From: an uncultured Thermoleophilia bacterium
Lineage (GTDB): Bacteria > Actinomycetota > Thermoleophilia > UBA2241
Assembly (NCBI GenBank): GCA_963715985.1
Contig: CAVQSP010000011.1
Coordinates: forward strand, 256,001-320,000
Direction of reading: 5' to 3'
Length of the DNA: 64,000 nt
The translations under genes were made by a program, and so were the position numbers. Each line of letters opens with the position of its first letter. Position 1 is the stretch's first letter. Positions 48,701 to 57,216 of this stretch are shown here, piece after piece. Below the pieces are notes generated by a model. The model saw only the letters and a list, made by a program, of their open reading frames with translations. It searched no databases and was not told where the DNA came from.

Positions 48701-50190
48701 GGGTCGTGGTCGCGAGCTGCACGCCGCGCACGCACGAGCCCATCTTCCAGGACACCCTCCGCGAGGCCGGGCTCAACCCGTTCCTCTTTGAGATGGCCAA
48801 CATCCGCGACCAGGCGAGCTGGGTGCACGCCAAGGAGCCGGAGAAGGCCACGCAGAAGGCCAAGGAACTGGTACAGATGAGCGTGGCCCGCGCCCGGCTC
48901 CTCGAGCCGCTCTTCAAGGTCGACGTGCCGCTCACACACTCCGCCGTGGTCATCGGCGGCGGCGTGGCCGGCATGACCAGCGCCCTCGCCCTCGGCGACA
49001 TGGGCCACGAAGTGCACCTCGTGGAGCGCACCGGCAAGCTCGGCGGCTACGTCCTCGAGCTCGGCAAGACCATCAAGGGCAACGACCCCGCCGAGCTCGT
49101 CAAGGAGCTCGAGCAGCGCCTCGTGGACAACCCCAACGTCAAGATCCACCTCGACGCCGAGCTCGCCGACTTCCACGGTTTCATCGGCAACTTCTCCAGC
49201 ACCATCGCGGAGAAGGACGGCAAGCGCACGGCCGTGGACCACGGCGTCGTCATCGTCGCCACGGGCGCCAAGGAGGAAAGGCCGGAACTGTACGGCCTGG
49301 GCTCCGGCCAGAAGGTCATCACCGGCATGGACCTCGAGCACATGCTCAAGGAGGACGACCCGGCCCTCGCCGACATCAAGTCGGTGGGCTTCATCCTCTG
49401 TGCCGGTTCACTGGACGAGAACAAGCCCTACTGCTCGCGCACCTGCTGCCAGCAGAGCATCAAGAACGCCATCGCGCTCAAGGAGAAGGACCCCAGGCGC
49501 CCCGTGTACGTCTGGTTCAAGGAGATCCGCACCTTCGGCCTCCTCGAGGAGTACTACACCAAGGCGCGCGAGCTGGGCGTCATCTTCACGCGCTACGACA
49601 ACGACACGCTCCCCGACGTGAGCGCCAACGGCAGCGTCAGGATCAAGGCGCGCGACCCGTACCTGGGCCGCGACGTCGACATGCCGCTGGACTGTCTCGT
49701 GCTGGCCACGCCCACGATCCCGTCCGAGGGCGGCTCCGAGCTCAGCAAGATGCTCAAGGTGCCGCTCACCGCCGACGGGTTCTACCTCGAGGCGCACGTC
49801 AAGCTGCGCCCGGTGGACTTCGCCTCCGAGGGCATCTTCCTCTGCGGCTCGGCCCACTACCCCAAGAGCATCGAAGAGACGATCAACCAGGCCTACGCCG
49901 CGGCCGGTCGTGCCGCCGCCATCCTCGCCAAGCCGGTCATCAAGGCGGGCGGCGTGGTGGCCGAGGTCGACCAGGAGAAGTGCGCGGCCTGCCTCACCTG
50001 CGTGCGCGTCTGCCCCTACGAGGTGCCGATCATCGACCCCGTCGAGAAGAAGGCCCTTATCGAGGCGGCCGCCTGCCAGGGCTGCGGCATCTGCGTGAGC
50101 GAGTGCCCGGTGAAGGCCATCACCCTGCACCACTACACCGACGCGCAGATCTTCGCCAAGGAAGAGGCGCTCTTCATGGAGGTGAGCTGA
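45745..50190 (+). CDS. hdrA: Large HdrA (HdrL-type) with an inserted GltD/NfnB-like NAD(P)H module, 1481 aa
   Basis: GGGIAG, LDKTFPTNDC; insert with CGRVC..C, GAGPSG, GGGDVA; QCVGSRD..YCSSVCC, CHCGSNI, ANIRDQ; second GGGVAG/YCSRTCC; terminal 2x[4Fe-4S]; AAGGAG RBS. Confidence 0.93.
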   Translation: MSGSPPKSTGAALVVGGGIAGMQCSLDLAEGGYKVYLVERAPALGGHMAQLDKTFPTNDCSMCTMAPKLVEAGRHLNIEMVTNSELIGLEGEPGNFNARVYHHARFVDPDKCTSCGECSPKCPVTVPNQYNEDLDERRAIYKLYPQAIPNTYAVTKNGHSPCKRACAVHTSAQGYVALIADGRFAEAYTVASEPNPFPAVCGRVCTHKCETDCTRGQIEAPIAIAGLKRFISDHAFDNVPLPDKAEVTFKEKVAVVGAGPSGLTAARDLALLGYEVTVLESKPEPGGMLRFGIPEYRLPKAALQQDIDRITALGVDLQCNKAAGKDFTIDGLMKKDGGGYKAVYLAVGLQGGRTLPIPGADAKGVLDAVSLLKAATLGEKVDMGKNVVVIGGGDVAFDAGRTALRLGAEKVTINCIEDDQSVPASDDELTEGLDESIAFNCSCMPSQILTDADGRANKVEFLACSLGAPDERGWRPPVAITGSEHELACDTVIFAIGQSMVDDFLEGTKGITVEKGQILTDKATLGTGKKGVFAGGDAAASAPWTAIEAVAAGRRAARSIHNFLRGEDLLPIEDDMMDEAKPEDAIMEQTAVMARMPMPHLPGAARKITWDEVNTGFSQEQAVAEAKRCLNCAVCSECMECVRACGPGALLHGERDKELEFEVGAVVMATGFDLYDPGKNSEYGYRRYPNILSSLEYERTLSASGPTVGEVKRPSDGTHPKKIAFIQCVGSRDQEHEYCSSVCCMYANKQAMLTIDHEPDCEPTVFLMDMRAQGKGFDAFYQRALDKGVKFVRSRPSYIKEDPLSDDLLISWEDEAGKLHETRYDMVVLSAGLEPARKAQEAAGHLGVALNRHGFCQLHEFNPMQTSREGVFVVGPFGEPKDIPDSVAQASAAAAQVMTGLADSRGTLTVDKEYPAERNVVGEEPRVGVFVCHCGSNIAGVIGVESVAEYAMQLPGVEYATDTMYTCSSDSLGLIREKIAEHNLNRVVVASCTPRTHEPIFQDTLREAGLNPFLFEMANIRDQASWVHAKEPEKATQKAKELVQMSVARARLLEPLFKVDVPLTHSAVVIGGGVAGMTSALALGDMGHEVHLVERTGKLGGYVLELGKTIKGNDPAELVKELEQRLVDNPNVKIHLDAELADFHGFIGNFSSTIAEKDGKRTAVDHGVVIVATGAKEERPELYGLGSGQKVITGMDLEHMLKEDDPALADIKSVGFILCAGSLDENKPYCSRTCCQQSIKNAIALKEKDPRRPVYVWFKEIRTFGLLEEYYTKARELGVIFTRYDNDTLPDVSANGSVRIKARDPYLGRDVDMPLDCLVLATPTIPSEGGSELSKMLKVPLTADGFYLEAHVKLRPVDFASEGIFLCGSAHYPKSIEETINQAYAAAGRAAAILAKPVIKAGGVVAEVDQEKCAACLTCVRVCPYEVPIIDPVEKKALIEAAACQGCGICVSECPVKAITLHHYTDAQIFAKEEALFMEVS

Positions 50191-50191
50191 G

Positions 50192-50773
50192 ATGGCCGAG
50201 GCTGAAGCCACCGCCGTCGAGACGCCCGTGGACGAGGTCCCCAGGAAGCCCGTGGACCCGGACTTCGAGCCCGAGATCATCGTGTTCGCGTGCCACTACT
50301 GCGCATACGCCGCGGCCGACCTGGCCGGCAGCATGCGCCTGCAATACCCGTCGAACATCCGCATGATCAAGCTGCCCTGCACGGGCAAGCTCGAGGTCAT
50401 CCACCTGCTCAAGGCCGTCGAGGCCGGCGCGGACGGCGTGTACGCCGCCGGCTGCCTCGAGGGTGAGTGCCACTACCTCAAGGGCAACCTGTGGGCGCGC
50501 AAGCGCATCACCCACGTGAAAGACCTGCTCAGCGAGCTCGGCATCGAGCCGGAGCGCGTGGAGATGTACAACATGTCGTCGGCCGAGGGCGCCAAGTTCG
50601 CGGCCGCGGCCACCGAGTTCACCGAGCGCATCAAGCAGCTCGGCCCCAGCCCCATCCGCCGTCACGGCGTGGACGCGCACGCCGCCGCGCGCGAAGCGCT
50701 CGGCGGCGTGGCCATGCCTGATGAACCCCATCCGTCTGCCGCGGCAACCGTCGAGGAAGGACACGCAGAATGA
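50192..50773 (+). CDS. mvhD: MvhD/FlpD [2Fe-2S] subunit
   Basis: FACHYCAYAAADLAG, PCTGK, GADGV...GC..GECHY..GN. Confidence 0.93.
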   Translation: MAEAEATAVETPVDEVPRKPVDPDFEPEIIVFACHYCAYAAADLAGSMRLQYPSNIRMIKLPCTGKLEVIHLLKAVEAGADGVYAAGCLEGECHYLKGNLWARKRITHVKDLLSELGIEPERVEMYNMSSAEGAKFAAAATEFTERIKQLGPSPIRRHGVDAHAAAREALGGVAMPDEPHPSAAATVEEGHAE

Positions 50774-51453
50774 TCACCGCCGAACGCAAACCCTTCGACG
50801 AGATCGTCGGACTCGTCGGCGACAAGAAGAAGGTCCTCGTCGCCGGCTGCGACACGTGCGTCGCGATCTGCCTCACGGGTGGCGAGAAGGAGGCCGAGAT
50901 CCTGGCCAGCGAGCTGCGCATCAAGGCTGAGCAGGACGGCCGCGACGTCGCCATCGAGCACACCGCCGCCATCCGCCAGTGCGAGTGGGAGTACCTCGAC
51001 ATGATCGCCGCCAAGGTGGACGAGGCCGACATCGTGCTCAGCATGGCCTGCGGCATCGGCATCCAGAGCATGGCCGAGAAGTTCGCGCCCAAGCTCATCG
51101 TGCCGGCCGTCAACACCAACATGCTGGGCATGCCGCAGGAGCACGCCGTATGGCTCGAGCGCTGCGGCGCCTGCGGCGACTGCGTCATCGGCGAGACCGC
51201 CGGCATCTGCCCGGTGGTGCGCTGCAGCAAGAGCCTCATGAACGGCCCGTGCGGCGGCTCGCACGACGGCAAGTGCGAGGTCACGACGCCGGAGAAAGAA
51301 GAGCTCGACTGCGCCTGGGCGCTCATCTGGGACCGCCTCAAGGCGCAGGGTCGCGAAGAGATGATGTACGTCAACCGGCCGCCGAAGAACTGGAGCAAGA
51401 GCAGCTCCGGCGGCCCACGGAAGATGGTGCGTGAGGAGGCGAAGCCGGTATGA
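50770..51453 (+). CDS. metV: Methylene-THF reductase small subunit MetV
   Basis: GCDTC..C.TGG, RQCE, ACGIG, CGACGDC, CPVVRCSKSLMNGPCGG, CAW. Confidence 0.92.
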   Translation: MITAERKPFDEIVGLVGDKKKVLVAGCDTCVAICLTGGEKEAEILASELRIKAEQDGRDVAIEHTAAIRQCEWEYLDMIAAKVDEADIVLSMACGIGIQSMAEKFAPKLIVPAVNTNMLGMPQEHAVWLERCGACGDCVIGETAGICPVVRCSKSLMNGPCGGSHDGKCEVTTPEKEELDCAWALIWDRLKAQGREEMMYVNRPPKNWSKSSSGGPRKMVREEAKPV

Positions 51454-52394
51454 CCGCCACCGAGTACAAGGCTGGCAGCAACCTCGAGAAGGTCCTGAGC
51501 GCGGGCAAGTTCGCGGTCACCGGCGAGTGCGGCCCGCCGAAGAGCGCCGACGTGAGCGTCATCGAGGAGAAGGCCAAGATCCTCAAGGGCTACGTGGACG
51601 CCGTCAACATCACCGACAACCAGACCGCCGTGGTGCGCGTGTGCTCCATGGCCTCCGGCTACACTGCCCAGCAGAACGGCCTCGAGGCCATCATGCAGAT
51701 GACCTGCCGCGACCGGAACCGCCTGGCGATGCAGGCCGACATCCTCGGCGCCTACACCCTGGGCATCAAGAACATCCTCTGCCTCACCGGCGACCACATG
51801 AGCTTCGGCAACCACACTGAGGCCAAGGGCGTCCACGACCTCGACTCGCTCAACCTCATCAAGATGTACAAGGACATGCGCGACGAGAAGAAGTTCCAGT
51901 GCGGCGAGGAGATGCCGGTGGCTCCCGAGCTCTACATCGGCTGCGCCGAGAACCCCTTCGCCGACCCCTTCGAGTTCCGCGCCCTGCGCCTGCAGAAGAA
52001 GATCCAGGCCGGCGCCGACTTCATCCAGACCCAGTGCATCTTCAACGTCCCCAAGTTCAAGAAGTGGATGGAAGAGGTCCGTGCTCTCGGTCTGCACAAG
52101 GAGATCAAGATCCTCGCCGGCATCACGCCGCTCAAGGGCGTCGGCGGCGCCCGCTACATGCAGAACTTCGTCCCCGGCATCGACGTGCCCCAGGAGATCG
52201 TCGACCGTATGGCCGCCTGCGAGAAGGGCGCCCCGTCGCAGGCCGAGGGCAAGAAGATCGCCGTCGAGATGATCAAGGAGTTCGCCGAGATCGAGGGCGT
52301 GGCCGGCGTGCACATCATGGCCATCGAGTGGGAGATCGCCGTGCCCGAGATCGTGGAGGCCGCCGGCCTCATGCCGCGGCCCGCGGTAGCGTAG
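51450..52394 (+). CDS. metF: Methylene-THF reductase MetF
   Basis: NITDN, TCRDRNR, LTGDH, KKIQAGADFIQTQ, GVHIM. Confidence 0.94.
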   Translation: MTATEYKAGSNLEKVLSAGKFAVTGECGPPKSADVSVIEEKAKILKGYVDAVNITDNQTAVVRVCSMASGYTAQQNGLEAIMQMTCRDRNRLAMQADILGAYTLGIKNILCLTGDHMSFGNHTEAKGVHDLDSLNLIKMYKDMRDEKKFQCGEEMPVAPELYIGCAENPFADPFEFRALRLQKKIQAGADFIQTQCIFNVPKFKKWMEEVRALGLHKEIKILAGITPLKGVGGARYMQNFVPGIDVPQEIVDRMAACEKGAPSQAEGKKIAVEMIKEFAEIEGVAGVHIMAIEWEIAVPEIVEAAGLMPRPAVA

Positions 52395-52404
52395 GAGGTC
52401 TGGA

Positions 52405-52986
52405 ATGACCACCTGCACAGTGAGCCCGCTCCTGGCCGAGAACATCGGCACAGGCTGCGGAGAGAACGCCTTCAAGTGCTACCAGTGCAAGCGCTGCACC
52501 AGCGGCTGCCCGGTGGCGCGCTACTCCGACATGCACCCGGCGATGATCATGCGCGCCGTGCAGCTCGGCCAGCTGGACATGGTGTTCGACGACCGTTTCA
52601 TCTGGCTGTGCACCGGCTGCGAGACCTGCACCACGCGCTGCCCGCAGGGCATCGACATCGCCGCCGTCATGGACGAGCTGAAGATCATCGCCCGGCGTGA
52701 CGGCCGCATCCCGGACGGCACGCCGTCCGCGCAGATGCTCAAACTGAACTACGACTCGTTCGTGCGCTGGGGTCGCATGTGGGAGGTCGAGCTGATCACC
52801 CGCGACGTGCTCAAGCGGCCGAGCAGCGCCAAGAACTGGTTCACGCTCGGCCCCAAGATGATGCTCAAGGGCAAGATCAACCCCACGCTCAAGCGCGGCG
52901 ACACGCTGGCCATGAAGCGCATGGTCCAGACCGCCGACAGCATCACCAAGGCGAAGATGCGGCGGCAGAAGGAGGGTCTGTCATGA
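52405..52986 (+). CDS. hdrC: HdrC 2x[4Fe-4S] subunit
   Basis: CYQCKRCTSGCP, IWLCTGCETCTTRCP. Confidence 0.92.
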   Translation: MTTCTVSPLLAENIGTGCGENAFKCYQCKRCTSGCPVARYSDMHPAMIMRAVQLGQLDMVFDDRFIWLCTGCETCTTRCPQGIDIAAVMDELKIIARRDGRIPDGTPSAQMLKLNYDSFVRWGRMWEVELITRDVLKRPSSAKNWFTLGPKMMLKGKINPTLKRGDTLAMKRMVQTADSITKAKMRRQKEGLS

Positions 52987-53849
52987 GCGCGACCCTCGCC
53001 TACTACCCCGGCTGCTCGCTGCACGGCACGTCCGGCGAGTTCGACGCCAGCTTCAAGGCCACGGCCAGGGCGCTGGGCCTCACCCTGCTCGAGATCCCCG
53101 GCTGGGAGTGCTGCGGCAACACGGCGGCGCACTCCATCAACCGCCTGCTCTCCACGGCCCTGCCGGTCAACGAGCTGGCCAAGGTGGAGCAGGACATGAA
53201 GCTCGACGCCGTGGCCGTGCCCTGCGCGGCCTGCTACAGCCGCTTCAAGACCGGCGCCCACGAGGTGGCCGAGGACGCGGAGACGGCGGCCGACGTGCGT
53301 GCCGTGGTCGGCCGCCCGTACAACGGCGGGGTCGAGGTCCACAACCTCATCGACGTCTACCACGACGCCGTGGGCCTCGACGCCCTGGAGTCCAGGGTCA
53401 CGCGCCCGTTCCGCGGCCTCAAGGTGGCCTGCTACTACGGCTGCCTGCTCACCAGGCCGCCCAAGGTCACCCTGGCCGACGACCCCGAGTACCCCATGCA
53501 CATGGACGAGGTCGTCAAGGCGCTGGGCTGCGAGCCGGTGCAGTGGAACTACAAGACCGACTGCTGCGGCGCCGCGCTGGCGCTCACCGAGCAGGGCATC
53601 GTCGACGACCTCGTCGGTCGCATCCTCAATGACGCGCGCGCCTGCGGCGCGGAAGCCGTTGCCGTGGCCTGCCCGCTCTGCCAGGTCAACCTCGACGGCC
53701 GCCAGGTCGAGATCACCAAGAAGCAGGGCGACTGGCGCAGCGTGCCGGTCATCTTCCTCAGCCAGCTGGTGGGCCGCGCGATCGGCATCGACGACAAGAC
53801 GCTGGGCTTGAGCAAGCACCTCGTCGACATCGCCGCCGTGATGGCGTAA
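52983..53849 (+). CDS. hdrB: HdrB (CCG domains)
   Basis: YYPGCSL, WECCG, CAACY, YYGC, CCGA, CPLCQVNLD. Confidence 0.93.
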   Translation: MSATLAYYPGCSLHGTSGEFDASFKATARALGLTLLEIPGWECCGNTAAHSINRLLSTALPVNELAKVEQDMKLDAVAVPCAACYSRFKTGAHEVAEDAETAADVRAVVGRPYNGGVEVHNLIDVYHDAVGLDALESRVTRPFRGLKVACYYGCLLTRPPKVTLADDPEYPMHMDEVVKALGCEPVQWNYKTDCCGAALALTEQGIVDDLVGRILNDARACGAEAVAVACPLCQVNLDGRQVEITKKQGDWRSVPVIFLSQLVGRAIGIDDKTLGLSKHLVDIAAVMA

Positions 53850-53874
53850 GCGGCGCGGCGAGAACGAAGCCCAC

Positions 53875-53910
53875 AGAGGGGCGGCGGGCCGGAAGGCCCG
53901 CCGCCCCTCT
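53875..53910 (+). terminator. Hairpin terminator after hdrB
   Basis: AGAGGGGCGGCGGGCC-GGAA-GGCCCGCCGCCCCTCT followed by a pyrimidine-rich tail. Confidence 0.7.
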
Positions 53911-54009
53911 ACGTCTTTCTGGAGGCGCGACCGCCCGCCCCAGCCTCTCGGCAAGCTTGCCGCGACGCGGTAGAGTGCGGGAGTAAGAGTGCGCGAAGAG
54001 GGAGCTACC

Positions 54010-54645
54010 ATGACTGAGGTCGTGCAGCCGGGGGCCGGGGGCCGCGTGCTCCTGGTGTACGCGACGCGGCACGGGTCCACGCGGGAGGTCGCCGAGGCGG
54101 TCGCCGAGGAGCTGCGTGCGGCCGGCGCCGAGGTGGAGTTGTGCGAGGCCTCGTCGGCGCCGGCGCCCGGCGGCTACGACGCGGTCGTGGTCGGCGCCCC
54201 GATGATCATGGGCTGGCATCGCGACGCCGAGAAATACGTCAAACGGCATCGCCAGGCACTGGCTCAAGTGCCGACGGCCTTCTTCGTGATGGCAGCGTCG
54301 CTCACCGACACCGGCGAGGGCGACGTGCGTGGCGTGCCCATCGTCAAGGACCCGTGGCTCGCCAAGAAGCCGCGCGAGGCCGGCAAGCTGCGCCGCAAGG
54401 AGCGCTACGCGCTGCCGGCGCACTACCTGGGCGACATCCTCGATGCCTGCGCCCCGGCGTGGCCGCGCACGGTGGCCTTCTTCGCGGGATCGCTCGACCT
54501 CACGACCATGAACGTCCTGGAGAAGCTCTTCGTGCTCCTCGTCATCGGCGCCACGCCCGGCGACGGGCGCAACTTCAAGGCCGTGCGCGAGTGGGCCGCC
54601 GAGCTGCCGGAGCGGCTGCGCCCGCCGGCCCCTCCGTCCGCCTGA
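54010..54645 (+). CDS. Flavodoxin-domain protein (HemG-like)
   Basis: VYATRHGSTREVA, YDAVVVGAP, FFAG.LD, D.RNF..VREWA. Confidence 0.85.
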   Translation: MTEVVQPGAGGRVLLVYATRHGSTREVAEAVAEELRAAGAEVELCEASSAPAPGGYDAVVVGAPMIMGWHRDAEKYVKRHRQALAQVPTAFFVMAASLTDTGEGDVRGVPIVKDPWLAKKPREAGKLRRKERYALPAHYLGDILDACAPAWPRTVAFFAGSLDLTTMNVLEKLFVLLVIGATPGDGRNFKAVREWAAELPERLRPPAPPSA

Positions 54646-54804
54646 CCGCCACGCAGCACGGCGGACCACGGCTGCCACGGCGGCGCAGATACTGTCCAGC
54701 GTACCGCACTCGGCGCGCTGCCTGGCGGCACGCGGACGCGACGCCTCATATGATGCCCGCAGCGCTTCTGCACACTCACGCTACCGAGAGGAGAGGGTCG
54801 GTCG

Positions 54805-55464
54805 ATGAGCACCGTTGACGAACTCGTCAAGGCGGTCCAAGAGGGCAACGCCCCCCAGGCCGCCGACCTTGCCGCACGCGCGCTCGAGGAGGGCGCCGAC
54901 GCCGCCGGGCTGGTGGACTCGCTGTCCGCCGCCATGCGCGCCGTGGGCGACCGCTTCGGCACCGGCGAGATCTTTCTGCCGGAGCTGATGCTGGCGGCAC
55001 GCGCCATGCAGAAGGCCATGGACGTGCTGCAGCCCGCGCTGCTGGCGTCCGCCACCGCCAAGGGCAATCTGGGCGTCATCGTCCTCGGCACCGTGAAGGG
55101 CGACGTCCACGAGATCGGCAAGGACATCGCCATCACCATGCTTCGCGCCACCGGCTTCGAGGTGTACGACCTCGGCCGCGACGTGGACCCGCTGGACTTC
55201 GTCAAGCGCGCCGAGGAGCTGCACGCCGACATCATCGGCGCCTCCGCTCTGATGACCACCACCATGCCGGCTCAGCGGGAGCTCGTGGACATCCTCGTGG
55301 CCAAGGGCCTGCGCGACAAGTATCACGTGATCCTGGGAGGTGCCCCCGTGACGGCCGAGTGGGTGGCCGAGACGGGCGCCGACAGCTGGGGCGAGGACGC
55401 CGCCAAGGCGGCCAAAACGCTCGAGGAGTTCATGGCCGGCAAACGCGCGGGCGCGGGAGAGTGA
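54805..55464 (+). CDS. Methyltransferase cognate corrinoid protein (MtmC/MttC-like)
   Basis: VGDRF..GEIFLPEL, GTVKGDVHEIGK (DxHxxG), SALMTTT, GGAP. Confidence 0.93.
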   Translation: MSTVDELVKAVQEGNAPQAADLAARALEEGADAAGLVDSLSAAMRAVGDRFGTGEIFLPELMLAARAMQKAMDVLQPALLASATAKGNLGVIVLGTVKGDVHEIGKDIAITMLRATGFEVYDLGRDVDPLDFVKRAEELHADIIGASALMTTTMPAQRELVDILVAKGLRDKYHVILGGAPVTAEWVAETGADSWGEDAAKAAKTLEEFMAGKRAGAGE

Positions 55465-55468
55465 CGGC

Positions 55469-56848
55469 ATGTCGCACCTGAAGATGTGGGAGATCATGGA
55501 GCGGGCCGCCGAGGGCCCGTACTGCGAGGACGACGAGTTCCTCTACGACGTCTTCCTGCCGACGATGCAGGACGTGCTGCAGAAGTACGAGATCAAGTTC
55601 GACCCGGCCACGCCGGTGCCCGCCGACGACGACCTCGCCGACCGCGTGTGGAAGGCGGCAGTGGAGCTCTTCCTCAAGGTCGGCGTGCACAACGTGGACA
55701 CGCACCGCCGCATCCTCATCACCGAGGACGAGCTCAACGAGGCGCTCTTCCTGGCGCCGCAGGTGCACCAGGTCGGCGCCGGTCACGAGACGCGCTGGTG
55801 GATGCCGCGCAAGATCGAGGACCCGCGCGGCCCGTTCTGCATCTTCAGCCCGGACATCACGTACGACGAGGACATCTTCCTGCAGGCCTCCATGGCCTAC
55901 GTGCAGGAGCCGCTCGCCGACGGCGTCTGCGGCCCTATCCTCGAGGAGTCCATCGGCCGCACCATCCACTCGGGCACGCCCACCGAGATGGCCGGCGTCA
56001 TGGAGCACGCCATGCTCCTGCGCAACGCCGCCAAGCTCGTCGGCCGCCCGGGCCTCTTCCTCGTGGCTGTGGGCACGGCGCAGTCGGACGTCGGCCAGGT
56101 GGCCGTGAGCAACAACGAGTGGGGCGTGCGCAGCAGCGACGGGCGTCTCATCGGCGTGCTCACCGAGATGAAGACCGACAACGAGCTGCTCAACAAGGTG
56201 GCGCACTGCAAGCAGTTCGGCTGCGCCATCGGCTGCCTCACCGGCGCGATCTACGGCGGCTACGCCGGCGGCGCCGAGGGCACGGCGGTGCTCGAGGTGG
56301 CACACCACCTCGTGGGCCTCACCGTGTACCAGCACAACTTCAACAACAGCTTCCCGTTCCACATGCAGCACACGTCCAACAGCGGCCGCGAGATGCTGTG
56401 GCTGGTGAGCATGGTGCACCAGGCGCTGGCCCGCAACAGCCGCATCCTCAGCACGAGCAACGGCTTCTTCAACGCCGGCCCCGGCACGGAGATGATCTTC
56501 CGCGAGGCCGCCGCGCACGCCATCGCCAGCGTGGTGAGCGGCGGCGACCTGTGGACGGCGGCGCCGCGCCACAACAAATACCGCAACTACGCCACGCCGC
56601 TGGAGGCGCGCCTCGCCTGCGAGGCCGGCCACGCCGTGGCGCTGCAGGGCATGACCCGCGAAAAGGCCTGTGAGGTCGTCGACACGCTCCTCAAGAAGTA
56701 CGAGGGCGAGATCGCCACGGCCCCCGAGGGCAAGCCCTTCCAGGAGTGCTACGAGGTCATGAAGGTCAAGCCGCAGGGCTGGTACCTGGACATGTACAAG
56801 GCCGCCAGGGAGGAGCTCGCGGGACTGGGCGTCGAGTTCCCGTATTGA
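55469..56848 (+). CDS. mtmB: MtmB-family corrinoid methyltransferase without pyrrolysine
   Basis: P.DDDLADR, GRPG, E.K.D, GGYAGG.EG, AGPGTEM, EAR, P.GK.FQECY; no in-frame TAG. Confidence 0.88.
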   Translation: MSHLKMWEIMERAAEGPYCEDDEFLYDVFLPTMQDVLQKYEIKFDPATPVPADDDLADRVWKAAVELFLKVGVHNVDTHRRILITEDELNEALFLAPQVHQVGAGHETRWWMPRKIEDPRGPFCIFSPDITYDEDIFLQASMAYVQEPLADGVCGPILEESIGRTIHSGTPTEMAGVMEHAMLLRNAAKLVGRPGLFLVAVGTAQSDVGQVAVSNNEWGVRSSDGRLIGVLTEMKTDNELLNKVAHCKQFGCAIGCLTGAIYGGYAGGAEGTAVLEVAHHLVGLTVYQHNFNNSFPFHMQHTSNSGREMLWLVSMVHQALARNSRILSTSNGFFNAGPGTEMIFREAAAHAIASVVSGGDLWTAAPRHNKYRNYATPLEARLACEAGHAVALQGMTREKACEVVDTLLKKYEGEIATAPEGKPFQECYEVMKVKPQGWYLDMYKAAREELAGLGVEFPY

Positions 56849-56883
56849 GAGACTGAAGCGGTCCGACGCCGCGAGCCGCGCAG

Positions 56884-57144
56884 ACGCGAGAGGGGCGCCC
56901 GGTCGGCGCCCCTCTCGCGTGCCGGGCGACGAGTCCCAAAGCCGAAGGCTTGTCGCCTCCAAACGCATGATCGCGAAGGCGATTTCAAGCAAGAGCACGT
57001 TCGGACGTGCGTCTGCTTGAAACCGCCGATCGGATGGTCGGGGCCGGCGGCGCGAGGCAGCGGCGGGCCGGTGGCGCGAGGCAGCGGCGGGCCGGCGGCA
57101 CCTGCAGGTCGCAAGAGGGGCGCCCCATGGGCGCCCCTCTTGCG
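56884..57144. repeat. Structured intergenic block: two related palindromes flanking a long hairpin and a 24-bp tandem repeat
   Basis: Palindromes at 56884-56920 and 57110-57144; hairpin at 56983-57022; GGGCCGGYGGCGCGAGGCAGCGGC x2.5 at 57041-57100. Confidence 0.75.
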
Positions 57145-57216
57145 TCTCGTCATCAGCCGGCCTTCACGGCCCGGCCGGGCTTCCCGGCTGCGCGCCGTCA
57201 CGCGGCGCGAGTGGCG

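Noticed and set aside
45745-53849. Selenocysteine in HdrA, MvhD or HdrB
   Set aside because: All frames are open, with Cys codons at the usual positions.
55469-56848. Pyrrolysine (TAG) recoding in mtmB
   Set aside because: No in-frame amber codon, and no pyl genes in the window.
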